Source: Eledone cirrhosa (Eukaryota). From it: a stretch of DNA of 64,000 nucleotides. Within the stretch, counting starts at the first letter, position 1, and every line of letters begins with the position of its first letter. Under the pieces are notes generated by a model that was not told where the DNA came from, did no database searches, and worked only from the letters and a program-made list of their open reading frames with translations. Shown here one piece after another: positions 1 through 13,441 of the stretch. Both the position numbers and the translations under genes were made by a program. The DNA lies in NCBI GenBank assembly GCA_964016885.1, contig OZ024746.1:6820001-6884000 (forward strand), read 5' to 3'.

Positions 1-890
1 TGCTTCTTCAATTTTATTTGGTCAGTTGCATTACCAGCTTTTCAAAAGCTTTAATGGTGATTTTAGTTTGTTATACAGCAAGAAACTGGATTAGAGATTC
101 AATTGATGTTGACGAGTAGCCATAGTTTGGCTTCAGTAGATATATATGGATGTGGTAAGGGTGTTGGACTTATGATCATAATCTCATAGGTTCAATTCCT
201 AGGCTGGGCTGTGTGCTGTGTTCTTGAATTTACATTGCTTCACAATACTCAGCTGAAAATGAGCACCAACAATAGTTGGGAGTTTAACCCTGCAATGGAC
301 TGGTGTCCTGTCCAGAGGGGAGTCTTGTTCTTTCAGTTGCTTCAGCCCATGAAACTGGGATAAGCACTGATCTGATGAGTCTTGTGGCTTGAGAGACTTT
401 AGACTTGAGATATATATAACATGAAGTTAATCCCTTGAACATTGGGGAGAAAATATATAAATTCCTCAGATAGGATATGCCATGAATTGGTATTACCTGA
501 ATATTTACTAGATGCTCCCTCATGTAGCTTTTGGATGGGGAGAGTGCATTGTCATAAAAAAATGTTATATTCTGCACAGGCTACTTTTCTACATCAAGAA
601 ATAATTATGGTGACTAGAGCAGTGATAATAGAGGTAAACAAAGTAAGGGTTATTGAGGTTTTATTGTAAAGGAATGGCCTTATAACCTATTTGGTGTAGA
701 CGTGTGTTTAGAATAGGATACACAATAAAATAGGGGCTTCATTAGTTTATTCTTATTCTAACAGTATTCAAAGGTTCTGTTAAAATATGATTAGCTGGAC
801 ATGGATTAGTAAGGCTGGGGTTAGTTAAACTATGTCCTATTCATATATAAATAGTTATTGCTTTTATATAATCAATTTCATATCATATAC

Positions 891-1053
891 CAATCATGGG
901 CAACTGTGGCCTGTGGGCCTCATATGGCCCGTTTGGCTTTCTGAATAACATGCCTAATTTCAAAACCGCCTTCAATATTTTAGTAGTCTAGCCCACCATA
1001 TGATACAACACATCCTATGCGACCCACTGCTTGAAAAAGGTTGCCCGTGTCTG
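891..1053. mobile_element. Degenerate hAT-like MITE
   Basis: Imperfect TIRs caatcatgggcaac / gttgcccgtgtctg with subterminal ggccc motifs. No TSD confirmed. Confidence 0.45.
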
Positions 1054-1410
1054 TCATATACTCAACTCTCTGTTCTATACAAGCACATATAATTGTTTCT
1101 ACTATTGGCGCAAGGCCAGCAATTACCCAGTACATTACTGGTACTTTATTTTATCAACCCCGTAAGGATGAAAGGCAAAGTTAACCTCGGTGGGATTTGA
1201 ACTCAGTCCATAAAGGGACGTAACTCTATGCTGCAAGGCATGGCGTCCGACCCTCTACTGCCAATCCACCGCCCTCCACGCACATATAATGAAGTTCTCA
1301 ACAGTCCACAACTTGTGGACATTTAAAAGAAAATATCAAATAATATAACAAATAACAGCTGTGAAAAGCTGATCATTTTAAAAAGATTTCAAGTGTTAAG
1401 CAATATTTAC

Positions 1411-1444
1411 CATCTTCAATATATCCATCTTCATCAGTTTTCGA
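1411..1444 (-). CDS. TRAF3IP1: TRAF3IP1/IFT54 small internal exon (34 nt, phase 0 to 1): SKTDEDGYIED
   Basis: Acceptor tttcttttttattttAG, donor ATG|GTAAAT, phase matches the preceding exon. Acidic stretch expected just before the GLVKKIL coiled-coil region, which lies outside the window. Confidence 0.7.
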
Positions 1445-2666
1445 CTAAAATAAAAAAGAAAGGAGGGATATTAAAATCAGGTGAAATTATATCTTATCAA
1501 GATATCAGCTAGGTTATTATTATTATTTTATACACTATAGCAATTAAATGTAAGAGAAAATCATTTTAAATTATAAAAATATTGTTGAGTTTATTATCAG
1601 AAATAGATTTATTCTAGAGGGAACAACATATTATTTTATAAAAAAAACGTGTGTATGTATGGACATTAAATAACGATGATGATGGTGGTGATGGTGGTGA
1701 TGGTGATGATAATTCCTTATCATCCGTCTCGTCCATGTTTCCATATTAGCAGGGACTGGGTGAGATTTCAAGGCAGAATTCTACAGCCAGGCACCCTTCC
1801 TAATTTCACCCTTCATATTTGCTTTTTAAGTAAAGTATGGATCTTTGTAGCTAGAACTACTGAACAGCAGGGTCTCTGTTTAATATAGAATGTAAATACC
1901 ACTGAATGTGGAGAACAAATAAACACACACACAAGTGGGGGGGGGGGGGACATGCAAAAAGAGAAGCAATAAGAATAAGTCAAGTCAACTAATGGCAAGA
2001 ATTTAGAAGATAATTCCCATATGAGGTGATGTACTAAATGACATATGCAAATGTAATGAATTGATATTTCCTGTTTATTTGAAGTAAACAAAGGCCTTAC
2101 AGTCATCATCATTGTTAGCAACTCTCAAAGGAAGGACACACAATTGCAAGAAATTAAGAATTAATTTTACAGAATATTATTAATTTTCATGCACAGAGAA
2201 AATCTTGATTATTGGTAGCAGTCAAGTTCACAGCTACAGACATGTTTCAGTCTGAATGGACCTTATCAGGGAAGTATGGTCATTTCAAACTTCTGATAAG
2301 TGTACAGATTTTTACAAGTAGAAAAGAGTTACAAACGATTTTACTGGGCAACAATTTGAAGTGAGCTAAAGGAAATAAGTCAAGTTATCTAATGGGTATC
2401 AGACTAAGGACTGAGCAGACTTAAAACACTAAAAACTGTTGAAGGATGTGTCCCAGTATAGCCACAATTCAATGACTGAAACACTTAAAACACTAACAGA
2501 TTATACACGAGAACAACTTCAAATTATTTTATAAATTAAATTCTTAATTCAACTGGAATTTAATTTAAATGATTCAAAAAAGCTTTCAAAATAAGCACGG
2601 ATGGTAAAAATAGAAGATCTGATGTGTACAATATTTTAGGGGGAAAAAACAAACAGACAAACTTAC

Positions 2667-2778
2667 AGGAACATTTTTATTTGGAAGTATAGTTGCATCT
2701 TCCAAAATAAATTGTTCTTCTTCATCTGTGATTGCTCCATCATCTGTTATTACATTAGTGGGTTTACCAGTCCCAAGT
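2667..2778 (-). CDS. TRAF3IP1: TRAF3IP1/IFT54 internal exon (112 nt, phase 2 to 0): LGTGKPTNVITDDGAITDEEEQFILEDATILPNKNVP
   Basis: Acceptor ttttgttttttAG, donor GTAAGT. Resembles the recalled vertebrate segment GSGKTVSNVI…DNEEDDQFVVE. In frame with exon 43410-43493. Confidence 0.85.
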
Positions 2779-3209
2779 CTAAAAAACAAAATATATATAG
2801 AAAATATAGAAATCAATAACATTAGGTTCCTAGAAAGTTCACATCCTCAGCAAAACAAAATCTGCATGCAGAAGACAATTTTTTTTATTTTCAGAGCTAA
2901 AGATTTATTTTTGACTTCTGAATTTAGTGAGCTGGGAGCTAAAAAACAACTAAAATACTGCATTGCATGTCATCTAAACATAGCTGATCTTCTTGTAAAC
3001 TTGTTTTGTTCTCCTGTTTTGATAATCTTACTGACCTTTAACCAATTCTTAGTACCATAATCTCAGGCACAGCTTATGGCTCTCTTACTCTGTTATGAGG
3101 TTCAAACTCATAATTGATCACAGGGAAATTGACACTTCATCAGTGAGTTATTTGGTGATTTTAGGGACTCTAATTAAGCTAGCTAATTAATAATAATAAT
3201 ATATATATA

Positions 3210-3482
3210 TCCAGGCCGAAACAAATGAGATCGTGTAGGTGTCACGACAAAAAAACACACAGTCCACGCTGTAATGTGGCCGTGTAGGTAACACGGTAAA
3301 AACCTCCCAGTTCCACACTCTAAATGTGGTTGGTGTTAGGAAGGGCATCCAGCTGTAGAAAACCCGCCAGACAGTCCTATGCGAGCAATGACAACCACTC
3401 TTGCCTCAAGTGGGAAAACTCCCGTCCAAACCCATGCAAGCGTGGAACATGGACGTTAAACGATGATGATGATGATGATGAT
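3210..3482 (+). mobile_element. Solo RTE 3'-UTR fragment (similar: ~6332-6630 -, ~11730-11893 +, ~32683-32932 -, ~50110-50490 -, ~58390-58740 +, ~59635-59790 -, ~61325-61480 +, ~62900-63018 +)
   Basis: Matches the 3' UTR of the LINEs at 25593 and 36450 (ggttggtgttaggaagggcatccag…cccatgcaagcgtggaa…(GAT)n). Confidence 0.8.
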
Positions 3483-3583
3483 ATATATATATATATATGG
3501 TGAAAGAGTGAAGAATAACATGGTGGTCAACTGTACAAAAAGTGTTTTATATGGGATAACATATATATATATATATATATATA

Positions 3584-3849
3584 GAGGAGACTGAGGTGGT
3601 ATGGACATGTGATGTGCATGGAGGATGACCGATGGGTGAAGAAGTGCCAGGAATTGCCAGTTGAAGGAAGACGTGGTAGAGGTAGACCACGAAAAACATG
3701 GGCGGAGGTGGTGAGAACAGACCTCAGATCATTGAAGCTCACGGTGGAGATGATGAGGGACCATGACGAGTGGAGAGATGCTGTGCTGAATAAGACCCGT
3801 CCCACCCTTGCAAGCAGGGAAAAGCGGACGTAAAATGATGATGATGATA
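3584..3849 (+). mobile_element. 5'-truncated short-tailed RTE LINE whose ORF runs directly into the (GAT)n tail, with a 14-bp TSD
   Basis: RRLRWYGHV…GRGRPRKTWAEVV…[13 protein letters not shown] then (GAT)n. TATATGGGATAACA is repeated at 3548-3561 and 3852-3865. Confidence 0.85.
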
Positions 3850-4167
3850 TATATATGGGATAACAAGTTATCGTTTTAGGTAATCCAGTTAGAGGTTGTA
3901 AGTACTCTGTACTATGGATAGTTTTAACGTACGGCGTTGTTTGACTCAATAAGAGGTTTCCTTAGTTAGGTAGCGAGTTTGCGAGAATTCCCATGTAGGT
4001 CATTCTTGGAGTAATAGTAGTGAAAGAGTGAAGAATAACATGGTCAGCTGTACAAAAATGGTTTTCCGATGATTTGATCAGAGACACACACTATATTTAA
4101 GGTCGAGTGACGCAACTTCGAGTGATTAGCAACCTTTAGACTCACCTGATAATGAAACAATTGTTAA

Positions 4168-4237
<70 letters not shown>

Positions 4238-5101
4238 GATTAAATGTAGTACCTCTACCAAATTCCATTATCTATCTTGTTGCTAGTAAAATTAAAGAAC
4301 ATCAGATACAAAAAACCATCACACACAACAAAAACATACCAAACATACAGTAGAAAAGACTATAAATTCTGTACACTATAACTACAACATACAAAGTCTA
4401 CATAGAAATTACATCAATATACTTGAGGGATTTAGAGGGTAAAGGCTCTACATTTGGTAGAAGTATAAAAATACATCAAGCTACTATTGAAACATTACAA
4501 ACATCAGTGAATTGCTCTTTTATTCTTTTTCTTGTTGCATTTAGGGAGTTTCCCTCTTCTTTTTCCATTTACTGATTTTCATGAATTATAAAGCACCCAG
4601 TCTACAGTGCAAATGTGGTTGCTGTTATGACGGGCATCCAACCATAGAACTCAAGCCAGAATCAGTTCTCTGGCTTGTCTCAATGGGACAACTTGCCTAA
4701 CCCATTCTTGTGTAGAAAAATTGATGCTAAATGATGATGATGATGATGATGAAATGTCTACAGTTGTCTAGATTCGTATAGTCTTTGTCTGTATCTATGT
4801 CTATGTTTAATAGGAACTGATGCAGAAAAGATCTTGTATGTTAGTCATACATAGTGAGTGGCAGATTAGAACTAGTGACCAAAGTGTTAGGAAACCAATA
4901 AGTTCTATGATCTACTTTGAACACTTAAATCAATACTAAGTATGATGTTGTATATGTGTTCAACTAATATATCTGAAAATATATTGCTATATTATTATAT
5001 TTAATCACAAAAAGAAAGGAAGAAAGAAAAGCAGGCTATATATAATATTCTGAAATTCATTGGGGTTGTTTTTGACATACCAAAGTAGTCCCCAAACTTA
5101 T

Positions 5102-5388
5102 GCAACACTATGACTCAACTCATCTGGCAGCTCTACTCTCAATCAGTAGAGTTCAGCAACACTATGACTCAACTCATCTGGCAGCTCTACTCTCAATCAG
5201 TAGAGTTCAGCAACACTATGACTCAACTCATCTGGCAGCTCTACTCTCAATCAGTAGAGTTCAGCAACACTATGACTCAACTCATCTGGCAGCTCTACTC
5301 TCAATCAGTAGAGTTCAGCAACACTATGACTCAACTCATCTGGCAGCTCTACTCTCAATCAGTAGAGTTCAGCAACACTATGACTCAA
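5102..5388. repeat. 54-bp minisatellite, ~5.3 identical copies
   Basis: 18-aa periodicity in the ORF track and direct reading. Confidence 0.92.
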
Positions 5389-6789
5389 ATGACAACAGCA
5401 AACACAAAGGAAAAACACATCTTATTTTCAAGCTGCCAACTTCTATACACAGTATGAAGATATGCATCAATCTCTTATGATTTTATCTTCTATTGTTGTA
5501 TAAAGACAACAATGTTTACTTTGAAACTTCTCAACATTTGTATTGAAATAGTCAACAAATTCAATAACACTTGAAAATTCTTAATTTTATGAAAACAGAT
5601 AAAAAAAAATACTTCAGTATTATTTTTCATGTTACATCTACTGTCTGATTTAAATTGTTTGCCAAATAGAATAATATAATATGCATGGCTTGTCAAATAA
5701 AATATTGCAATATATTAAATGTTGGATTTTATTTATATAAATGTTTCTACTTTTTTGCACAAGCCCAGCAATTATTCCAGTGCATTACTGGTGCTTTATT
5801 TTATCGACACCGTAAATTTTATTTATATAAATAATGATAGAAACTTTTCAGTTTACGTCTTAGTATTTCTTCTTTTTTTCCTTCCTTTCTTGTATTCAAG
5901 AGACAGAGTACCCCAAATTCATTCTTGTTATTTGCTTGCTATTTCTTTTTTTTCATTACATTTTTTTTTTCTCTCTCAATTGAAATACTTTAAAGTTATC
6001 ACAATAGAATAAATACTAAATTTTTAACATTGACTGGAGAGAAAAAGTAAAAAAACCTCAAGTCACATTTATACTTATCTTAGTATTACATCCCCTCCCC
6101 CACTCACTTTATTTTAATTCTGAAAGATTTTTGAATTAAATAATTAATTTACTTTCAATTATATTTTTCTTTAGTTTTTCATCATTGCTGCTCAACTATA
6201 TTTTATTACACTGTTGTAGTGTTAATATATAGAACAAGCTGGGCCTATTCAATACTGGCAGTTATTGCCCTCAAATATCAATCACTGGACCATGTTACAT
6301 TGATGCTCAAATAAATTTTATTACACTGTTGTCATCATCATCGTTTAACGTCCATTTTCCACGCTAGCATGAGTTAGATGTGCTGTCCCTTTGTGAGACA
6401 GCCATGTCAGAGGAGCATGATTTGCTCACACAGAACTCATTTTGGCTTGGTTCCTATGGCTGGATGCCCTTCCTAATGCCAACCATATTTACAGCATGGA
6501 CTTGGTGCTTTTGTCATGTCACCTACACAACCACTTTACAGTGTGGACTGGGAGCTTTTTGTCATGTCACCTACACGACCACTTTACAGTGTGGACTGGG
6601 TGCTTTTTGTTGTCAACAACACGACCACATATATATAAAATTTGTATACATAAAAGTTGATAAATAATAAAAAATATTGTAGTAAAAGTGAATGATGGAA
6701 AAAAATGAATAAAATAAATACTGTCAGAATGTGGATTTAAAACACGTTGAAATTCGGAGAGTTAAGACAGTGGTCTCAAATTTGATATT

Positions 6790-7058
6790 GAAGTTGTGTC
6801 TAGGGACCTTCCTTCTCTTGCCAGATCATACCAGGGCCTTACTCTTGTTCAATGCAGCAGCTGCGAACTGGAAGAGGCCTCGTGGCAGGTCCCATACCAG
6901 ATGGCTGGATGTAATAAAGGAAGATCTCCAGAGGCTCGATGTCACCTTGGAGGATGCAGAGGGACTGACACAGGACCTCCAGAGATTGAGGGCACGATGG
7001 CACCTCTGGGATCACTGACTTAGAATGACCCCACCTCAGTCCCACTGAGCAAGAAGAA
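6790..7058 (+). mobile_element. RTE-like LINE 3' fragment, a distinct family
   Basis: WKRPRGRSHTRWLDVIKEDL C-terminal motif and a GAA-type tail. Confidence 0.6.
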
Positions 7059-7108
7059 TACAACATTTAGTCTGATACTTCCTCATGTCTCCTAATTCAG
7101 CACTGAAG

Positions 7109-7630
7109 CATCATCTTCATCGCTTTTATGTCCATTCTTCCACTTTTGCATGGGTTGGACAGGTCCTTCTCAGCACAACATGTCTCCACTCACCATGCTT
7201 CTTCGTTATCTCCTCTGTGATTCTCAGCAATTTGAGATCAGCTCTCACAACCTCTGCCCAAGTCTTTTTTGGTCTACCTCAACTGTGGCTTCCTTCCACT
7301 GGCATTTCCTGACATTTCTTCACTCATCCATCATCATCCATGCACATCACATGTCCGTACCAATACAGTCTTCTCTACTTCACACGACCTTGGATTCCTC
7401 TTAAACCCAGCTTCTTCCTAAGTTCATCCAAGCTTTCTCTCACATTTACATTGCCCATCCAACAAAGCATGGAAGCTTCATTTCTCTCTACCCATCTTTA
7501 CGCATGTCTTCTGCAGTTACTCCCTATGTTTCACCATCATGCAGCACCACATGTCTTCAGTAGTCGCTGCCCATGTTTCATTACCATGCAGCACCACATG
7601 TCCTCTGCAGTCACATCCCATGTTTCACCA
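7109..7630 (-). mobile_element. Decayed short-tailed RTE LINE 3' fragment (relatives at ~46945-47125 and ~63025-63090)
   Basis: Minus strand reads RRLYWYGHV…GRPKKTWAEVV…RTCPTHAKVEEWT*. Confidence 0.75.
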
Positions 7631-8684
7631 CCATGCAGCATCACACTTCACAATTTCTTTATATTTCATTGGGTGTGGTATAGTAATAAGATTATTTTAT
7701 ATTACACTCCTCAAGTAATAACCCCATACTCTCACAAGTGAATATTTGAAAATAATTTTACAGAAAGACCAAAAGCTATTTTACAGTCATCCATAGAGCT
7801 GCAACTGAAAAGTCTGTTTATTTTCTGAATAATCAGATATGCAAAATGTGGCATAGTAAACACAAATCTTAGTGTATTGTTGTGTATTGCAATAAAACTG
7901 TCTTTTAAAGCTCCCATGATGATTAGTTTATAATAGCAGCTCAGTATACAGTGGAGACAAGGAAAAAGTAAAACAAAAACATTAACCTACATTGATCAGA
8001 GTGTCCTTAACTTTGAATTCAGATAATCATAAAACTTGTCTATTATTTCAGGTTATATACCAACAGACCCATTAATTTCAATGGAATTCTTTGTGAACTT
8101 TGAATGGAGAAAGTTTTATTATTAGCTTAAGCTGTCACTTCTAGAAAGAATTTCCTTTTATTTATTTTCTTTTCATTTGCTCAATGATATTTGAAGTCAT
8201 TCAAACCAAAATGTAGACAGATCAGAAGATTCTAAAGAAGAATCAGGTTTATCACCAATTTACAAGGAATAAATACAAACCAGAAGAGTTCTCTCACAGG
8301 ATACATTCTTTCTCACCTTAGAAACAAGTGTACATGTGTTGAGTAGTTACACCAATACCTGCCAACTATTAGATTAATATGACACTGATATCAATATCTT
8401 TTACTACTTCTAAATAGCTTCTCATTTTAAAGACTAATAAACACTATCTTAGAAAAGAGGAGAGGAGATGAAGAGAATACAGGTAGATGTTGACAATCTA
8501 TGGAAGAACCCTCAAAAGGTCACCTTTAGTCATCAATGGCCATGGATTTGCACCCAGAAAGTTCTTCTCCAGGGTAAGATACTTTGTGGAAAACAACAAA
8601 TTATCCATACATGTCACTTCTCTCCAAACCATTGATGCAGTCAAAAGGAAAGGTAGAGGCCAATACAGCTTGGCACCAGTTTGG

Positions 8685-9260
8685 GCTGGGTGCCTTTTTT
8701 GTGTCACCTACACAACCATTTTACAGTGTGGACTAGGTGCCTTTTGTTGTGTTACCTACACAACCACTTTACAGTGTGGACTAGGTGCCTTTTGTTGTGT
8801 CACCTACACAACCACTTTACAGTGTGGATTGGGTGCCTTTTGTTGTGTCACCTACACAACCACTTTACAGTGTGGATTGGGTGCCTTTTGTTGTGTCACC
8901 TACACAACCACTTTACAGTGTGGACTGGGTGCCTTTTGTCATGACACCTACACAACCACTTTACAGTGTCGACTGGGTGCCTTTTGTCATGACACCTACA
9001 CAACCACTTTACAGTGTCGACTGGGTGCCTTTTGTCATGACACCTTCACGACCACTTTACAGTGTGGACTTGGTGCCTTTTGTCATGACACCTACACGAC
9101 CACTTTACAGTGTGGACTGGGTGCCTTTTGTCATGACACCTTCACGACCACTTTACAGTGTGGACTTGGTGCCTTTTGTCATGACACCTACACGACCACT
9201 TTACAGTGTGGACTGGGTGCCTTTTGTCATGACACCTACACGACCACTTTACAGTGTTGG
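8685..9260. repeat. 48-bp minisatellite, ~12 copies, derived from the RTE 3'-UTR subrepeat
   Basis: Unit gtgccttttgttgtgtcacctacacaaccactttacagtgtggactgg. Confidence 0.9.
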
Positions 9261-9546
9261 CTGGACAATTTTGGTTGTAGCACTAAAACAATATTGCACA
9301 TACGGAATGTGGTAATTACAATATGGGATCACTTCAGGTTAAAACAGTTTGATAATTACTTCAAAACAAGTTATAACAATTGGGAGATGCAAAGGATTTA
9401 TCAAAACAAACATTAAATACAATAATGTGAGGGAGTGGGGACTAAGAATTTCCTGGTTTGGGGTAAAAGAAAATACAGGAGGATCAGTTAATTATGATTT
9501 TATTCAACATATTCCCCTCATATTCACACAGTTATTACAGCAGTTC

Positions 9547-10045
9547 TACCTCCCCTGTAAAGGTAACAGCTCTACCCTGTCACAGTCCTACCTCCCCTGT
9601 AATGGTAACAGCTCTACCCTGTCACAGGCCTACCTCCCCTATAAAGGTAACAGCTCTACCCTGTCACAGTCCTACCTCCCCTGTAATGGTAACAGCTCTA
9701 CCCTTTCAGAGTCCTACCTCCCCTGTAAAGGTAACAGTTCTACCCTGTCACAGTCCTACCTCCCCTGTAAAGGTAACAGCTCTACCCTGTCACAGTCCTA
9801 CCTCCTCTGTAAAGGTACCAGCTCTACCCTTTCACAGGCCTACCTCCCCTGTAAAGGTAACAGCTCTACCCTGTCACAGTCCTACCTCCCCTGTAAAGGT
9901 AACAGCTCTACCCTGTCACAGTCCTACCTCCCCTGTAAAGGTAACAGCTCTACCCTGTCACAGTCCTACCTCCCCTGTAAAGGTAACAGCTCTACCCTGT
10001 CACAGTCCTACCTCCCCTGTAATGGTAACAGCCCTACCCTTTCAC
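9547..10045. repeat. 42-bp minisatellite, ~12 copies
   Basis: Unit tacctcccctgtaaaggtaacagctctaccctgtcacagtcc. Confidence 0.92.
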
Positions 10046-10583
10046 GATAAACTTATGACAAAAAAGACTATATAAATTAGTATTTAGATATCCAATTATA
10101 TTTCAAAGTTAATTATATAAGCATGGGACTTATAAGCTGATGACAATCAAATGTAACAGCTATTAATTGAGATCAAAATCAGATCAATAACTTTGCTTGA
10201 TAATGAAAATGTTTTTGCTTTCTTTTAACTTTATTGCATTATTCAAACTTTCATTTAATATACCTTTAATTAGACTTATTCACATTCAGAAATGCTGATA
10301 AAGGTTACATAAAGCAAAATAATTTGACGCATAACTTCAAATGAAAATTATTAATTAATTATACTTATCACAAAATTACTCATAAATTAAATATATAAAA
10401 TCAAATAAATTCCCATACAAAAGTACAATGTTTATTGAAAATCTAAAAATTGTGTCATTGTACATTACAGAAAGCAAACACATCTAAATGAATCTCCAGA
10501 TTTCTAACATACTTTAAAATCTTTAAAATCTGCTTATGTATTTGTTAATTATATTTCCCTGCAGCAAGATCATAATAATGTTA

Positions 10584-10951
10584 ATGACTAATAAGTATTT
10601 ATCAGAAAACCAGTATATTGTAGTAGAAATATATAAAGGGCAAATAATGACAAATAAAACAAAACAAAGTAATGTTTTTCTTACCCGGTATATTTCAAGG
10701 TTAATACACCCTTTTCAAATGCAAAAACAAAAAACTTTACAAAACAAAAATGAATGATGTGTTCTTCCCTAAGGACAAACAAATAATTTGTTTGTTTTTT
10801 TGTAGCGTTTTTTTTTTCGTTTTGTTTTGTTTTGTTTTTTTTTTGCATTTGAAATATACTGAGCAAGAAAAACATTACTTTGTTTTGTTTTATCTGTCAT
10901 TATATATTTCTACCACATTGTACTGGTTTTCTGAAATACTTACCAGTCATT
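10584..10951. mobile_element. Fold-back / long-TIR non-autonomous element
   Basis: Imperfect inverted arms over 100 bp each (cagaaaaccagta…aaaacaaagtaatgtttttctt / aagaaaaacattactttgtttt…tactggttttctg). Confidence 0.6.
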
Positions 10952-12909
10952 CGTTACATACCTCACAATATTTCATATTAACTATACTACTTTATAACAA
11001 TAGTGTTTCAGATCTTCAAAATCTATTTCTCATCATTTCTTAAACAATAGAAGAAATTTTGCCAAACAAAGGGTTGGGAGAAGCCTCAGTTGTATCAAAA
11101 GCATGACAACCTTTCCTGAGAACTAGATGGAACATGAGACCATATATAAGTATACATGCCTCTGGCCTACCTGAGAGATTAGTGGCTCCACTTCAGTACT
11201 GACTTGGACTATGTAGACCCATCAAACCCTTTCTAACAGGGAAAGTGGGCATTAAAACAACAATGATGATGATGATGTTGTAGACACTAGCTTTATTCTA
11301 AGATAAAAATGAGTTATTCTTGTACTATTCAAAAATACAAAATTTCAATGCAGCTTATTTCAAACTAAAGAACATTTAACCAGTTCAAATAATGTTCAGT
11401 TTAATGTCACTTACCTTGTTTATTGGGAACTACAATTGTTATATTGCTATATTATATCATGCTATATTAGTGCTACAGTTAATACCAGCTTGTTATAATG
11501 GCACCATATGCAAATCAATATCTTCAACAGATGTTTTGTATGCAAATTATAAATAAGCAACATCTTATCTTAGTCTCAGTACAGAGTGAATAAACCTTGC
11601 TGAAGATGGATTAAAACTCTGAAACATTAGAGTTTGGTATTCACATACATCATTAACATATGTATACATTATGTTAGTGCTACTGCTAAATAAATACATT
11701 AATTAATATATATATATATATATATCATAACAAAAAGCGCCCAGCACACACTGTAAATGTGGTTGATGTAAAGAAGAAACCAAACCAGAAATAGTTCTGC
11801 ATGAGCAAGACACAGTCACCTGATCACACTTGCCACAGATAGGACAACCCGTTTAACCCATGATAGCATGGAAAATAGATCTTAAACGATGATATATATA
11901 TATATATGTGTACACACACAGAAACACACAATTATCAAAGGAAAAAGAAACATGACATCATTTAGCATACATAATCTTTTACAGTGTTTTAATTTCAATT
12001 TACAGATCTTCACAATGGTAAATTTCAAGCAAGTATAAAACTAACTTAGATTCTAGCCTATTTTTTTCTCCTTCACAACAACAATAAACCTTTTTCTTCT
12101 GTTTTTGGACAACATAAATAATATAGAAGCAACACAGTCATTCAGTTCACTAGCATTTCTGATCATTGATTACAATGCCAGTATCTTCTTTCAACCATTT
12201 CTTTAATATTATTATTTTATACTCTTCATACTAAAGTGTTTTTAGTAATATGTTCAAACCAAATGAAATAAAGAAAAAAGAAAAAAAAAGTAATAAATAT
12301 TTCATCAGAGAGAAGTTTAAAGAAAACTGATATTTGTTTTGCTTGCCAATAAAAATTAACTTTAAAATAACAGAAAATTTACTTTGAAATAACCAGACCT
12401 CAAAACAAGGCCAATAATTTGCACGAATGAAATACACAAAGATTTTGGACAGAATAACTTCCTTTATAGAGATCTAGATTAATTGTTGATGGAAAAACAA
12501 AAAAAAAACATTTACCAAAATTAACATTTTCAACTGTAAAGAAGTACACATGAACTATTCTTTAAAAAAAAAAAAAAAAATTAAGCTCAAGATTGGCAAG
12601 CAGCCTAATTGATGTGGAATTTACAAGATTAATTATAGCAGTGAGATTCTTCAATTAGAGAAAAATGATAATTTAATTACACAAAACCAGAACTAATTGA
12701 CCATGTTCTACCAAATTATCTTTATTTTGAAACCAAAAATAAATATATATATATATAAATGCACCTAGTACACTCTGTAGCATGCAGGAAGAAGTGTAAG
12801 CTAGAATGTGGCACCTAGCTCATTTGAGATGTCAGTAGCTCTAATTACGGACATAGTCTGTGATGATCCGTTCAGTCAGTGCTAGCAGGGGGAAGAAACA
12901 GACATTAAA

Positions 12910-13365
12910 TGATGAGGAGGAGGAAGGGAGCGTGGGGGAATGTGGGGGAGGATGCAATGGTGGCGAGGAGGATGGAGTGGTGGGGAGGAGGGTGCAGTGG
13001 TGGCGGGGGGATACAGTGGTGGTGAGGAGGATGGAGTGGCGGTGGGGGGATGCAGTGGTGACGGGGAGGATTGAGTGGTGGTGGGGGGGATGGAGTGGTG
13101 GTGAGGAGGATGGAGTGGTGGTGGGGAGGATGGAGTGGTGGAGAGGAGGATGGAGTGGTGGCGAGGAGGATGCAGTGGTGGCAGGGAGGATGCAGTGGTG
13201 GTGGGGAGGATAGAGTGGTGGGGAGGAGGGGGAGGGGGATGGCGAGGAGGATAGAGTGGTGGGGAGGGGAGGGAGGGGGGATGGCGAGGAGGATAGAGTG
13301 GTGGGGAGGAGAGAGAGAGAGGGGGGTTGGAGTGGGGGGTAGAGTGGGGGGGGAGGGGGGAGGTT
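12910..13365. repeat. G-rich degenerate ~21-bp repeat
   Basis: gaggaggatggagtggtggtg-like units with strong strand asymmetry. Confidence 0.8.
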
Positions 13366-13441
13366 GTGTCGCTATCAAAAGAAATATAATTTGAAATTCA
13401 AACTGGAAATAAATGTTCAATCATAATGATAGATAAATAAA

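Noticed and set aside
8487-10075. Cys-rich and Ser/Pro/Thr-rich repeat proteins (309, 233 and 193 aa)
   Set aside because: Open in several frames because the 48- and 42-bp units are multiples of 3. No splice or homology support.
11415-11429. 15-nt microexon candidate on the minus strand (tgtAG…AAG|GTAAGT)
   Set aside because: In the required phase it reads TCC CAA TAA (stop) and the pyrimidine tract is weak. At most a poison exon, unsupported.
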